Source: an uncultured delta proteobacterium
GTDB taxonomy: Bacteria; Myxococcota; Myxococcia; Myxococcales; Myxococcaceae
Assembly (NCBI GenBank): GCA_963771175.1
Contig: CAVYSY010000032.1
Coordinates: 544,001 to 608,000, forward strand
Direction: 5' to 3'
Length of the DNA stretch: 64,000 nt
Part shown: positions 26,169 through 36,196 of the stretch, piece after piece
How positions within the stretch are numbered: position 1 is the stretch's first letter
Layout of the letters: every line of letters starts with the position of its first letter
Position numbers and translations under genes: made by a program
The notes under the pieces: generated by a model
Told to the model about the DNA's origin: nothing
Seen by the model: the letters and a program-made list of their open reading frames with translations, nothing else
The model's database searches: none

Positions 26169-28742
26169 CTACGGCGCGCCCATGATGAAGTCCTGCACGC
26201 CCACCTGGCCCTTCTCCGGGACCACGTCCTCCGGTTCCGTACCCTTCTTGAACCAGATGTTGGTGGCGTCCTTCGAGCCGGAAGACGCGAGCTTCCCCGT
26301 CTTCTTGTCGATGCGCAGCAGCTTCAGGTTCTCGCGCAGCCACTCGGGCGGCCAGAACTCGGACTGGGGCCGGGCCGCCAGCGCCGGCTTCATGTAGTTG
26401 AGCCAGATGGGCAGCGACGCGCGGCCACCCGTCTCGTAGCGGCCCAGCGGGTGCTCGTTCTTGTCGTAGCCCACCCACGTCACCGTCACCAGGTCGCGCG
26501 TGAAGCCGGCGAACCACGTGTCGAACGAGTCGTTGGTGGTGCCCGTCTTGCCCGCCGCCGGCTTGCCCAGCCGCTGCGCCGGCGCGCCCGTGCCCTCCTG
26601 CACCACGCCGCGCAACAGAGAGGTGAGGATGTAGCCCGTCTCGGGGCTCATCACCTGCTCACCCGGCTCGAACATGCGCGCGTAGCCCGCCGCCACCCGG
26701 TCCTGCAGCGGCGCCCAGGCGTCGTCGTACGCCGTGTGGTCCTCCAGCGTGCGCCCGAAGCGATCCTCCACCTTGCGGATGAAGTACGTGGGCTTCTTGC
26801 GGCCGTAGCGGTCGAAGGTGGCGTACACGTTGGCCAGGTCGTACGGGTACACGCACGAGGAGCCCAGCGCCGCCGAGAAGTCCATGTTCATCGGCGTGGT
26901 GAGGCCCAGCTTCTCGCTCCATGCCGCCATGTTCTTCACGCCCACCGCCGCGAACGTCTTCACCGCGGGGATGTTCATCGAGTTCACCAGCGCCGTGCGC
27001 AGCAGCACGTCCCCGAGGAACTCGTCGCTGTAGTTGTCCGGCTTCCAGCTCACCCCGTTGTCCGGGTCGTGCTCGACGATGGGCGAGTCCACGATGATGG
27101 TGGATCCCGTCCACCCGAGCTGCTCCAGCGCCGCCGAGTACACCAGCGGCTTGAAGGAGCTGCCCGGCTGACGGCACGCCTGGAAGGCCCGGTTGAACTC
27201 GTTGGCGTCGAAGTCGTACCCGCCCACCATCGCCGTGAGGTACTGGCGGTGCGGGTCGATGGACACCAGCGCGCTCTGCAGCTCGGGGTCCTGCTCCAGC
27301 CGGAAGAGCGGCACGCCCTCGGGGACCTCCTTGTCCAGCTTCCTGTCGAACTGGACGTTGTCGTCCGTGAGCTCCTTCTTCACCACGTGGCGAACCACGA
27401 TGACGTCGCCCACGCTCAACACCCGCTTGGCGGAGGTGAGCATCAGCCCCGGGTAGTAGCCCTCGGGGTTCACCTTGCGCGCCCAGCGCATGCCCAGCAG
27501 CGGCAGCAGTCCCTTGTGCGGGCCCACCTGCACGTCCGCGCCCTCGGCCTCCACCTTCGTCACCAGGGCCACGTACAGCTTGCCCTCCTGGAGCTTCTCG
27601 TCGCCCACCGCCTTCTTCGCCTTCTCCAGGAAGGCCTTGCGCTCCTGCTCCGTGGCGAGCTGCAGCACCGGCCCGCGGAAGCCCTGGCGCTTGTCGATGG
27701 ACAGCAGGCCATCCAGCACCGAGTCCTGCGCGGCGCGCTGGCGCTCGCTGTCCATGGTGGCGAAGATCTTCAGGCCCTCGTTGAGCAGCACCTTGTTGCC
27801 GTAGCGCTCCACCACGTCGCGGCGGACCTGCTCGGTGAAGAACGGGGCGAACTCGTGGAAGACGTCCTCCACCGGGTACACCTGCACCGGCTCCTCATCG
27901 GCCTGCTTGCGCTCGGCCGCGGAGATCATCCCCTCGTCGAGCATGCGCCGCAGCACGTAGGAGCGGCGCTTGCGGGCCGACTCCGGCCGCAGGAAGGGCG
28001 AGTAGCGGCTGGGCGCCTGGGGCAGGCCGGCGATGAGCGTCATCTCCCCCAGCGTCAGGTCGCGCACGTCCTTGCGGTAGTAGTTCTCCGCCGCGCTCTG
28101 CACGCCGTAGCTGTGGTGCCCGAGGAAGACGTTGTTGAGGTAGAGGTAGAGGATCTCCTCCTTCGTCAGCGCCTCCTCCAGGCGCCGGGCGAGGATGGCC
28201 TCGCGAATCTTGCGCGTGAGGTTCTTGGCGGTGGCGCTCTCGTAGCCCTCGGCGGCGATGAGCACGGCCTTCGCCGTCTGCTGCGTCAGGGTGGAGCCAC
28301 CCTGCATGCTGCCGCCCAGGCCCAGCTTCTTGCGGATCGTCTTGAAGCCGGCGCGCGCCGTGCCCAGCACGTCCACACCGTGGTGGTCGAAGAAGCTGGA
28401 GTCCTCGCTGGCGATGAAGGCCTGCACCAGCCGCTTGGGGATGCGCTCGTAGGGCACCACCTTGCGCCGGTGGTGGTAGAACTCGCCGGCCAGCACCGCG
28501 TCGTCGGTGTAGACCTCGGTGACGATGGGCGGCCAGTACTGGTCCACCCGGGGGATCTCCGGCAGCCCCTGCGAGAAGTGGTAGTACACACCCGCCACGG
28601 CGATCACCGCCGCGGTGGCACCGGTCAGCGTGGCCCACGCCGCGAACTTCAGCAGCCGCACCCACCAGGAGCGCTTCGGCGGCACGCCATCCAGCACCAG
28701 CTTCGACTGGGAGCGATCGGTCTTCTCGGAATTCATACTCAT
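26169..28742 (-). CDS. mrcA: Penicillin-binding protein 1A
   Basis: EDSSFFDHHG, GGSTLTQQ, RKIRE, RQPGSSFKP (SxxK), SMN, KTGT. Confidence 0.93.
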   Translation of the reverse strand: MSMNSEKTDRSQSKLVLDGVPPKRSWWVRLLKFAAWATLTGATAAVIAVAGVYYHFSQGLPEIPRVDQYWPPIVTEVYTDDAVLAGEFYHHRRKVVPYERIPKRLVQAFIASEDSSFFDHHGVDVLGTARAGFKTIRKKLGLGGSMQGGSTLTQQTAKAVLIAAEGYESATAKNLTRKIREAILARRLEEALTKEEILYLYLNNVFLGHHSYGVQSAAENYYRKDVRDLTLGEMTLIAGLPQAPSRYSPFLRPESARKRRSYVLRRMLDEGMISAAERKQADEEPVQVYPVEDVFHEFAPFFTEQVRRDVVERYGNKVLLNEGLKIFATMDSERQRAAQDSVLDGLLSIDKRQGFRGPVLQLATEQERKAFLEKAKKAVGDEKLQEGKLYVALVTKVEAEGADVQVGPHKGLLPLLGMRWARKVNPEGYYPGLMLTSAKRVLSVGDVIVVRHVVKKELTDDNVQFDRKLDKEVPEGVPLFRLEQDPELQSALVSIDPHRQYLTAMVGGYDFDANEFNRAFQACRQPGSSFKPLVYSAALEQLGWTGSTIIVDSPIVEHDPDNGVSWKPDNYSDEFLGDVLLRTALVNSMNIPAVKTFAAVGVKNMAAWSEKLGLTTPMNMDFSAALGSSCVYPYDLANVYATFDRYGRKKPTYFIRKVEDRFGRTLEDHTAYDDAWAPLQDRVAAGYARMFEPGEQVMSPETGYILTSLLRGVVQEGTGAPAQRLGKPAAGKTGTTNDSFDTWFAGFTRDLVTVTWVGYDKNEHPLGRYETGGRASLPIWLNYMKPALAARPQSEFWPPEWLRENLKLLRIDKKTGKLASSGSKDATNIWFKKGTEPEDVVPEKGQVGVQDFIMGAP

Positions 28743-29704
28743 GTGGGGTCCAGCGCGGCGCGCTTGAGCACGTCCTTCAACTCCGGGGGCAGTTGCGCCT
28801 CCACCGCCACCTTGCCCCCGTGAGCCGGGTGGGGAAATTCGATGCGCTCGGCGTGCAGGAACAGACGTTTCAGGCCCCAGCGGGCCTTCACATCGCGGTT
28901 GAAGGCGAAATCACCGTACTTCTTGTCTCCCGCCACCGGATGGCCGATGGCGGTCAGGTGCCTTCTTATCTGATGAGTGCGTCCGGTCTCGATGACGCAG
29001 GAGAGGAGGGCTGCCTCGCCTGATTGCTTGATGACCTTCCATCGAGTGACGGCCTCCTGCATGTTCACCCCGCGTCGGGCCTTGGACTCGGCCGTCTGCT
29101 GGTGCTCAGCGAGCGGGAGATTAATGACGCCCGAGTCGCGCGGCATCTTCCCCTTGACCAGTGTCAGATACCGTTTGGCCGGATGTCCGTGGGTGAAGAT
29201 TTCCGTGAAGTGGACCATCGCCGGCCGGCGCTTGGCCACGAGGATGACCCCGCTCGTCTCCCGGTCCAGCCGGTGCGCGGGGCTGGCGGCGAAATCGTTC
29301 CTCACGGCTTTTGGCCCCAGGTGGGCGCGCACGTAGTCCACCAGCGTCCCCCCGGTAATCCCACTGCCGGTGTGGACAGCCATCCCACTCGGCTTGTCCA
29401 CCGCCATCATCCAGTCGTCCTCCATGAGGATGATGAGCTCGCTGGGGTCCACGGGGGGAGGGGGTGGGGGCTTGCGCTCCTCGGGGGTGGCCGGGGCGAG
29501 GAGCTGCTCCTCGGTCCCCCGGATGGAGACCATGTCGCCGGCCGCCAGGGGTTGTTCGGGCTGAGCCCGTTTTCCGTTCACCCGGACCTTCTTCACGCGA
29601 ATCATCTTGAAGAGGTGCGAGGTCGGTACATTGGCGAGCTTCTTCCGGAGGAACTTGTCCAAACGGATGCCCGCGTTGTCGTCGTCGATTCGGAACTCGA
29701 TCAT
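28739..29704 (-). CDS. RluA-family pseudouridine synthase with S4 domain
   Basis: RLDKFL, KPSG, HRLDRETSG, TGRTHQIR, GDKKYG, LFLHA. Confidence 0.94.
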   Translation of the reverse strand: MIEFRIDDDNAGIRLDKFLRKKLANVPTSHLFKMIRVKKVRVNGKRAQPEQPLAAGDMVSIRGTEEQLLAPATPEERKPPPPPPVDPSELIILMEDDWMMAVDKPSGMAVHTGSGITGGTLVDYVRAHLGPKAVRNDFAASPAHRLDRETSGVILVAKRRPAMVHFTEIFTHGHPAKRYLTLVKGKMPRDSGVINLPLAEHQQTAESKARRGVNMQEAVTRWKVIKQSGEAALLSCVIETGRTHQIRRHLTAIGHPVAGDKKYGDFAFNRDVKARWGLKRLFLHAERIEFPHPAHGGKVAVEAQLPPELKDVLKRAALDPT

Positions 29705-29747
29705 TTGACTGGCGCACGGACCAGACCACACCGATAAATTCGGGTCC

Positions 29748-31223
29748 ATGCCGAAAGCCCCCTCGATTGAACAGCTCCTACAGAACGGAAGCGCGGAGTG
29801 GAACCGGCTGCGCAAGGCCGGCAAGGTGCCCACCGAGCACACTGGCGCCACCTTCGCGCAGCTCTTCTCCGCCAACACCGACCTGTCGGGTCTGGGACTG
29901 GTGGGCAGCGAATGGGAACGCTGCGACCTGTCCAAGGTGAATTTCCGAGATACAGACCTCTCCAACGCCTACTTCCACGGCGGTCGCCTGCAGGACTGCG
30001 ACTTCCGCGGCGCCAACCTCGAAGGCGCCACCTTCGAGAAGCTCAAGCTGCTGCGCTGTGACTTCACGGGCGCCAAGGGGCTCGACGAAGCCGACTTCGA
30101 GGACGTGGACATGGACCGCGTCGTCGGACTCGAGGGCGAGGAGGCCCCGCCGCCCCCTCCGCCCCCGGTGCAGGGCATCACCGCCTTCACCCGCGAGCAG
30201 CGCGACAAGGTGATGGGCCCCGGCGGTCTCGCGGGCCCGTCCATGCCCGAGCTGCCCGCGGAGAGCGAGCTGCCGCCCTTCAAGCCCCAGGACAACCCGG
30301 GCCAGCTCTTCTTCCGCGCCCTCAAGCGCCTGGGCGCACCGCCGCTCTGGGTGCTGGACGTGCCCGGCCTGCGCCCGCTGCTGCCCGCGCGCATGCCTCC
30401 CGGCTCCTCCCTGGAGACGCTCTACCGCGAGGCGGTGAAGACGCGGCTGGAGAACAAGAAGCCCTCGGCGGACCCCAGCGCGGTGGAGAGGGCCCAGCGC
30501 TCGCTGCGGCTGGGCAGCAAGGACTCCAACCTCGCCGCCATGTACCTGCGCGAGGTGGGCGTCGTCCCCGACTTCCGCTTCTCCGCCGCCAAGGTGCTCA
30601 AGGACGCCCTGCGCGAGGAGCTGCAGGTGGATGACATCACCGGCTCGGTGGACCCGCGCACCACCGGCGCCCTGCTGGAGCTGCGGCTGCCCCACGAGGT
30701 GGTGGAGCACACCCACGAGGTGCGCCGCCGGCTCGCCGCCACCCAGCTCTACACCGCCCTGCTCGAGGCCGGCTTCAACCCGGAGAACAACTGGGAGGAG
30801 GCGCTGGAGTCGGCGGACGCCGCCATGGAGCTGGCCCAGCTCGCCACCGGTGAGGATCGGCAGGCGCTGCTCGAGGGCTTCCAGGTGTTCTCCGCCCTCC
30901 CCGAGGAGGCCCGCCTGCGCCGCCTGGCCTACCTGGCCGAGGCCCTCGGCCACCTGGAGCTCCTGGGCCGGCTGCCCGAGGGCATGGAGCCGGCGTGGCT
31001 CACCGGCCCCGAGACGCGCGAGTGCCACGACCGGGAGATGACCTACGTGCAGTCGCTGCGCGCCGAGGACATCCCCGCCAAGGTGCCCGCGCTCGCCAAG
31101 GCCGAGCTGGGCGTGCCCGAGGGCGAGGTGCCCGAGGAGAGCGAGGAGGACCTCTTCGTCCACCTGCGCTGCGACGTGTGCGGCAAGGAGAAGCTCATCG
31201 TCCAGTCGCCCGGCGAGGAGTAA
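29748..31223 (+). CDS. Pentapeptide-repeat protein with uncharacterised C-terminal region
   Basis: DLSKVNFRDTDLSNAYF-type repeats, poly-Pro linker, terminal CDVC. Confidence 0.85.
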   Translation: MPKAPSIEQLLQNGSAEWNRLRKAGKVPTEHTGATFAQLFSANTDLSGLGLVGSEWERCDLSKVNFRDTDLSNAYFHGGRLQDCDFRGANLEGATFEKLKLLRCDFTGAKGLDEADFEDVDMDRVVGLEGEEAPPPPPPPVQGITAFTREQRDKVMGPGGLAGPSMPELPAESELPPFKPQDNPGQLFFRALKRLGAPPLWVLDVPGLRPLLPARMPPGSSLETLYREAVKTRLENKKPSADPSAVERAQRSLRLGSKDSNLAAMYLREVGVVPDFRFSAAKVLKDALREELQVDDITGSVDPRTTGALLELRLPHEVVEHTHEVRRRLAATQLYTALLEAGFNPENNWEEALESADAAMELAQLATGEDRQALLEGFQVFSALPEEARLRRLAYLAEALGHLELLGRLPEGMEPAWLTGPETRECHDREMTYVQSLRAEDIPAKVPALAKAELGVPEGEVPEESEEDLFVHLRCDVCGKEKLIVQSPGEE

Positions 31224-31240
31224 CGGCCGGACGCACCCGC

Positions 31241-31280
31241 GGACGGGGGGAGTGAACGACTCGGGACACTCCCCCTGTCC
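31241..31280 (+). terminator. Stem-loop after pentapeptide gene
   Basis: GGACGGGGGGAGTG / CACTCCCCCTGTCC; no U tract. Confidence 0.4.
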
Positions 31281-31420
31281 CATCCGGTACACCCGCCGGG
31301 CGCCAGCGGCCATGACTGCCCTGATTCCAGGGGTTTGGCGCGCGGCACGAGGAGTGCTTAGGGGAAGGCACATGAGCCGTCGGGCTCATGACATTGCCCT
31401 CGAACCCCGGAGCACCCTCC

Positions 31421-32356
31421 ATGAAGCGAATCCAGATCCTCGCGCTCAGCCTCTTCGCGCTGGCCTTCGGCCTCGTCACCACCGGTTGCGGCGGCGGCGA
31501 CAGCAGCGTCACCATCAAGCTCACCGACGCCCCCGGCGACTTCAAGGCGGCCGTCGTCACCATCTCGGAGGTCTATCTCCAGGGTGAGGGTGGCAGGGTG
31601 GTGCTGCGTGACACGCCGGCGACCACCAACCTGGTGAGCCTGGCCAACGACACCGCGGACCTCGTCAAGGACGCCATCGTCCCGGCCGGCTCCTACAAGG
31701 AGCTGCGCTTCGTCATCTCCGGCGCCTACATCGAGGTCGAGCAGGCCGACGGCAGCACCCTCATCTACGCCACCTCCAACGACTACGCGGGCCTGCCCGC
31801 GGGCGCCAAGGTCGCCGGCATCCTGCAGACGCCGAGCTTCAGCTCCTCCGGCCTGAAGGTGAAGTTCGACGGCGACGTGGAGGTCTCCGGTGAGCAGAAG
31901 GTCATCCTGGTGGACTTCGACGTCTCCCAGAGCTTCGGCAAGGATCGCGGCCAGGGCGACAAGTGGGTGATGAAGCCCGTCATCAAGGGCGCGGACATCA
32001 CCTTCAGCGGCAGCGTGACCGTCACCCTGACCAAGGACGCGGCCGTCACCCTGCCCTCCATCAACGGCCAGGCCGTGACGCTGGCGGACTTCAAGGCCAC
32101 GCTCAAGGGCACCGAGACCAGCCCCGACGGCGCCTCCGCTCCCGCCGCCGAGGAGATCGCCCTGACGGACGCCAACGGCGACGGTGTGTTCGAGGCCCAG
32201 TTCAAGTTCCTCGTGCCCGGCAACTACGAGATCAACTTCGCCGGCCCCGCGGGCGTGAGCTTCACCACCAACCCGGCCGTGCCGGCCGCCGTCACCATCG
32301 GCTCGGGCCAGGACCAGACGCAGGCCTTCACCCTCAAGTCGGCCTCCGCCCAGTAA
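31421..32356 (+). CDS. DUF4382-domain lipoprotein
   Basis: Lipobox VTTGC, KLTDAP, VTISEV, SSSGLK, VDFDVSQSF. Confidence 0.85.
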   Translation: MKRIQILALSLFALAFGLVTTGCGGGDSSVTIKLTDAPGDFKAAVVTISEVYLQGEGGRVVLRDTPATTNLVSLANDTADLVKDAIVPAGSYKELRFVISGAYIEVEQADGSTLIYATSNDYAGLPAGAKVAGILQTPSFSSSGLKVKFDGDVEVSGEQKVILVDFDVSQSFGKDRGQGDKWVMKPVIKGADITFSGSVTVTLTKDAAVTLPSINGQAVTLADFKATLKGTETSPDGASAPAAEEIALTDANGDGVFEAQFKFLVPGNYEINFAGPAGVSFTTNPAVPAAVTIGSGQDQTQAFTLKSASAQ

Positions 32357-32402
32357 CAGGTGGTAGGAGTCAGCGAATCCCCCAGGAGTACCCCCTGAAG
32401 TA

Positions 32403-32448
32403 GCGGCCGGGGATACGGGACGGCACCGTATCCCCGGTCGTTCTTTTT
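32403..32448 (+). terminator. Rho-independent terminator
   Basis: CCGGGGATACGG/CCGTATCCCCGG 12-bp stem followed by TCGTTCTTTTT. Confidence 0.85.
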
Positions 32449-32453
32449 GGGGC

Positions 32454-33431
32454 TCAGAGAAGTGCGAGCTGCTTGGGCTGTCCGAGGGCGCGCGCGTCCA
32501 GTCCCTCGCCGCGCAGCACCTGGGCCAGCTCCTCGGCGAAACCGTGGAGGGTGATGACGTCCCGGGCGCCGGTGGCCTTCACGTAGCGCACCAGTGACGG
32601 GCAGTCGGCATGGTCCGACAGCGGGAAGGCCACGTCCGCGCCGTAGCGGCGACAGGCGCCCGGCCCATCCAGCGCCCAGCCGGTGAGGACGGCGGTGGCG
32701 CGCGGCCAGAAGGGCGCGAGTGCCCCACCCCGCGCCAGGTGCGGCGGGAAGAAGAGCACCTCGCCCGGCTCGACGCGGCCCTCGAAGCGCCGCAGCGGCT
32801 CGATGGGGACGCCCAGCTCGCCGTACAGCTTCGTCACCTCGTAGATGGAGGAGTGCGCCACCAGCGGGAAGCCGCGGTCCGCCAGGTACTTCATCGCCTC
32901 CTGGCTCTTGCCCAACGGGTAGGCCAGCAGCACCGGCACCGCGCCCCGCTCCTGGTGTCGGCGCACCCAGGACTCCACCTGCTCCAGCACCTCCTCGCGG
33001 GGCGGGAAGACGTAGCGCGGATGGCCGAAGGTGGACTCGATGACGAGCAGGTCGCACTCGGCCACCTGGAGGGGCTCGGCGGTGAGCGAGGGAGCGAGGT
33101 TGAGATCCCCCGTGTAGACGATGCGCTTGCCGTCCTCGCGGATGACGCGGAGCTGGGCGCTGCCGAGGATGTGGCCCGCGGGCAGCAACTCCAGCGTCAG
33201 CGAGCCCAACGCGAAGGGGCGGCCGAAGGGGGCGGGCAGCGGAGCCTGGAGCGGACCCAGCCGGTGCGACATGAAGCGCAGGGTGGCGGCGGTGGCGATG
33301 GTGCGCTCGTGCCGGGCGATGTGGTCCGAATGCGCGTGGCTGACGAAGGACAGCGGGGACTTGCGTTTGGCGTCCAGGGACAGGGGCGTCCCCGTCAGGT
33401 GCAGTCCGTTCCTTCGCAGCTCGACGCTCAT
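32454..33431 (-). CDS. MBL-fold/beta-CASP nuclease (ligase-associated DNA damage response exonuclease-like)
   Basis: SHAHSDH, AGHILGSA, YTGD, ESTFG, YPLGKSQ, LSDHAD. Confidence 0.85.
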   Translation of the reverse strand: MSVELRRNGLHLTGTPLSLDAKRKSPLSFVSHAHSDHIARHERTIATAATLRFMSHRLGPLQAPLPAPFGRPFALGSLTLELLPAGHILGSAQLRVIREDGKRIVYTGDLNLAPSLTAEPLQVAECDLLVIESTFGHPRYVFPPREEVLEQVESWVRRHQERGAVPVLLAYPLGKSQEAMKYLADRGFPLVAHSSIYEVTKLYGELGVPIEPLRRFEGRVEPGEVLFFPPHLARGGALAPFWPRATAVLTGWALDGPGACRRYGADVAFPLSDHADCPSLVRYVKATGARDVITLHGFAEELAQVLRGEGLDARALGQPKQLALL

Positions 33432-33547
33432 GGGAAGCGCTGGGTATAGCGGTTCCCGCCGGGCATGCACGCCTTCTCGTCTGAGCCGTCAGCCCGAGCG
33501 CCGGGCAGGCAGGAGGACGGGCCAGCCGCGCTCCGGTAGCGGGAGGC

Positions 33548-34459
33548 TCAGGCGCTCGCCGGGCGCAGGCGCCCGAGGAAGTGGCCCCCCAGCTCGGCCA
33601 CCAGCACGCCGGCCACGATGAGGCCACCGCCCACCCACTCACGCACGCCGAGCACCTCGTAGCCGAGCGCCACCGAGTACACCCCCGCGAAGACGGGCTC
33701 CATGGAGCAGATGAGCGCCACTCGCACGGCGGTGGTGCGCGCCTGCGCCCACGTCTGCACGCAGATGGCCACCGCGCTGGCGAAGAGGCCGCAGAAGGCC
33801 GCGGCCCCGACGAAGGACGGCGTCCACTCCACTCGGGCCCCAGTGAAGGGCAGGCAGAGCGCGGACAGCCCGGCCACCACCCAGAGCTGCACGGCCACCA
33901 GTGCCACCACGCCCGACTTCGGCGCGTAGCGCTCGGTGAGGAGGATGTGGAAGGCGTAGGCTACCGCGCAGCCCAGCGTCAGCCAGTCCCCCGAGGACAG
34001 GCCCTGCTCCGCCCCCACCTGCGCATCGGTGAGGTAGCGCAGGCCCACCGCCGCCAGCACCACGCCCACCCACGAGGAGGCGCGCGGCCTGCGCCGGAAG
34101 AGGGCCAGCCCCAGCACCGGGACGAACACCACGTACAGCCCGGTGATGAAGGCCGAGCGCGAGGGCGTGGTGGACACCAGCCCCACCGTCTGCAGCACGA
34201 AGCCGAGAAAGAGGAAGACGCCCAGCAGCAGCCCCCGGCGCAGGGCGAGGGGGTCGAGCATCTCGCGCCGCGCAATCCCCGTGAGCGCCAGCGCGCCGAT
34301 GCTGAAGCGCAGCGCGAGGAAGGAGTACGGGTCTCCGTGGCTCAGCGCCCCCTTCACCACCACGAAGGTGATGCCCCAGAAGGCGGTCATGAGGGCCAGC
34401 GCCCCGTCCGCCTGGAGGCGCGCACTGCCCTCCGGGTGGCTCGGGACGTCGGTCGTCAT
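33548..34459 (-). CDS. DMT/EamA family transporter
   Basis: FWGITFVVVK, LALRF, SAFITGL, MEPVFA; about 10 TMs. Confidence 0.9.
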   Translation of the reverse strand: MTTDVPSHPEGSARLQADGALALMTAFWGITFVVVKGALSHGDPYSFLALRFSIGALALTGIARREMLDPLALRRGLLLGVFLFLGFVLQTVGLVSTTPSRSAFITGLYVVFVPVLGLALFRRRPRASSWVGVVLAAVGLRYLTDAQVGAEQGLSSGDWLTLGCAVAYAFHILLTERYAPKSGVVALVAVQLWVVAGLSALCLPFTGARVEWTPSFVGAAAFCGLFASAVAICVQTWAQARTTAVRVALICSMEPVFAGVYSVALGYEVLGVREWVGGGLIVAGVLVAELGGHFLGRLRPASA

Positions 34460-34497
34460 GGAAGGAGAGGTGCTGCTCACGGGATGTCGCTTTTGGC

Positions 34498-35439
34498 CTA
34501 CCCGCCGGGCCAATGCAACGGGGAGGCCCCCCCACCCAGGGTGAGCACCATCACCCTCCGGGTGCCAGCGAGCTCCACCTCGCGAAAACCCCGGGAGCGG
34601 AAGAGTTGGAACAGACGCGTGTCCCGGGTGGGAAGCTCCACCCACAGCTCCGACAGTCCCCGGGAGCTCGCCTCTTCGGCCAGGGCGCGCAGGAGGGACG
34701 CGCCCACGCCCAACCGGCGCGCCACGGGGGCGACCACCACCCAGCGAACCCGGGCCCTGCCCCCACTCCGTCCCGCCTCGCGCTCGGGAGCCTCGGCGTA
34801 CCCGAATCCCCAGGAGCGGCCCCTCTCGTCGAATGCCCCCACCGCCAGCCCCGCCCTCTCAGCGAGCATCGAGCCCAGCTCCGCCGCGGCATGAGGCAGG
34901 TGATGCCCCATGAAGACGAGCAGGGCCTCCTCTTCCCCGGGCCGGAGCGGGCGCACCGTCAGCGCGCCGAGCCACCGGGCCCGCCCGGACCGCGACCACG
35001 AAGACGTGGCCCACTCGCGCACTTGCTGCCGGGCGCCACGAAGCGCGGGACTCTGGAAGGTGGCGCTCCCCAGGCGCTGGGCGGCATGGAGGAGCGGGCG
35101 CGCGAGCACGGGGACCGGAAGCACCAGTCCCCGGGTGCGGACGCGGACGACCCGACCCAGCAGCTCGGCGGATGGGTCCTCGCGCCCCAGAAACGAGGCG
35201 GTGCGCAGCGGGGACGTGCTCGTGACGAGGTGCGCGGTCAGCCCTCCCCCGGCGCGGGCCAGCATGGCGATGTCTCCGGGCGCCACGGCCTCCGCTCCAC
35301 ACCGGAGCACCTGGACGGCATCGCCACTGCGCAACAGGGGCCACATGCTCCGGCCCAGCCCGCGCACCCAGAGGCGCGTGCCCGGGGGGCTCGCCGCGAG
35401 AAAGGCCGCCAGCTCAGCCGTGGGAGGACGGGAGGCCAT
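34498..35439 (-). CDS. S24/S26 peptidase-GNAT acetyltransferase fusion
   Basis: WVRGLGRSMWPLLRSGD and PGDI...TAH at the N-terminus; VVAPVARRLGVG (acetyl-CoA motif A) and LFRSRGF at the C-terminus. Confidence 0.75.
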   Translation of the reverse strand: MASRPPTAELAAFLAASPPGTRLWVRGLGRSMWPLLRSGDAVQVLRCGAEAVAPGDIAMLARAGGGLTAHLVTSTSPLRTASFLGREDPSAELLGRVVRVRTRGLVLPVPVLARPLLHAAQRLGSATFQSPALRGARQQVREWATSSWSRSGRARWLGALTVRPLRPGEEEALLVFMGHHLPHAAAELGSMLAERAGLAVGAFDERGRSWGFGYAEAPEREAGRSGGRARVRWVVVAPVARRLGVGASLLRALAEEASSRGLSELWVELPTRDTRLFQLFRSRGFREVELAGTRRVMVLTLGGGASPLHWPGG

Positions 35440-36187
35440 GCACCCACGCATCGAGGAAACCCGCCACGGCCGGGTCCTTGCGGAACGTCAGGCGAAAACC
35501 GGGAACGGGCGCCATCAGTGCACCCAGCCGCGACAGCGTGCCGGCCCCAAGGCTCAGCCCCTCGGCATCTCCTCCCTGGAACACCTGCCCGAGCAGCGGC
35601 GCCACCAGGGCGGACGGGCGCACCGGGGTCAGCGACTCGGCCTGTCCCTTCTCCAGGAGCAGGAAGGCCCGCGACCGTGCCTCGGCGCGCGTGGCGGACA
35701 GGTCCGGATCCGAGCGAAACGGACTGCCGCACACGAGGCCGCCCGGCAGCAGCGCCACCACCTCGTCCGAGAGCAGCGCGGCCCGTCCCGACTGGACGCA
35801 CAACCGCGAGAGGGTGGACTTGCCGGCGCCACTGGGGCCCAGGGCCACCACCGCCTCTTCGCCAAAAGCCACGCCCGCGGCATGCAGGCAGAGACCTCCC
35901 TGCCGGAGGATGGCGAGCTGGAAGAGCGCACGCAGCGCGAGCTCCGCCGGGAGGAGTGACAGGGGCGCATCCGTCACCAGCCCGTCCTCCTCCACCCGGA
36001 CGGAACCGAGCGCCGGCTGCTCCGGCTGGAAGGGCCGGGCCCCCGCGCCCAGGTCGGACAGCCGCCTCAGCCGCAGCCTCGGTGGCTCTTCCGTCAGGAA
36101 GGGCTCGTAGCCACACCGAGGGAGGGCCGCGTCGAGGAGGGCCTCCTCGACCTCACATGCCCAACGGCCGAAGCGCAGCCGAGCCAT
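35414..36187 (-). CDS. HPr-kinase-related P-loop protein
   Basis: LHAAGV, GPSGAGKSTL, LLSDEVVAL, GSPF. Confidence 0.8.
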   Translation of the reverse strand: MARLRFGRWACEVEEALLDAALPRCGYEPFLTEEPPRLRLRRLSDLGAGARPFQPEQPALGSVRVEEDGLVTDAPLSLLPAELALRALFQLAILRQGGLCLHAAGVAFGEEAVVALGPSGAGKSTLSRLCVQSGRAALLSDEVVALLPGGLVCGSPFRSDPDLSATRAEARSRAFLLLEKGQAESLTPVRPSALVAPLLGQVFQGGDAEGLSLGAGTLSRLGALMAPVPGFRLTFRKDPAVAGFLDAWVHGLPSSHG

Positions 36188-36196
36188 CCCGCGGAC

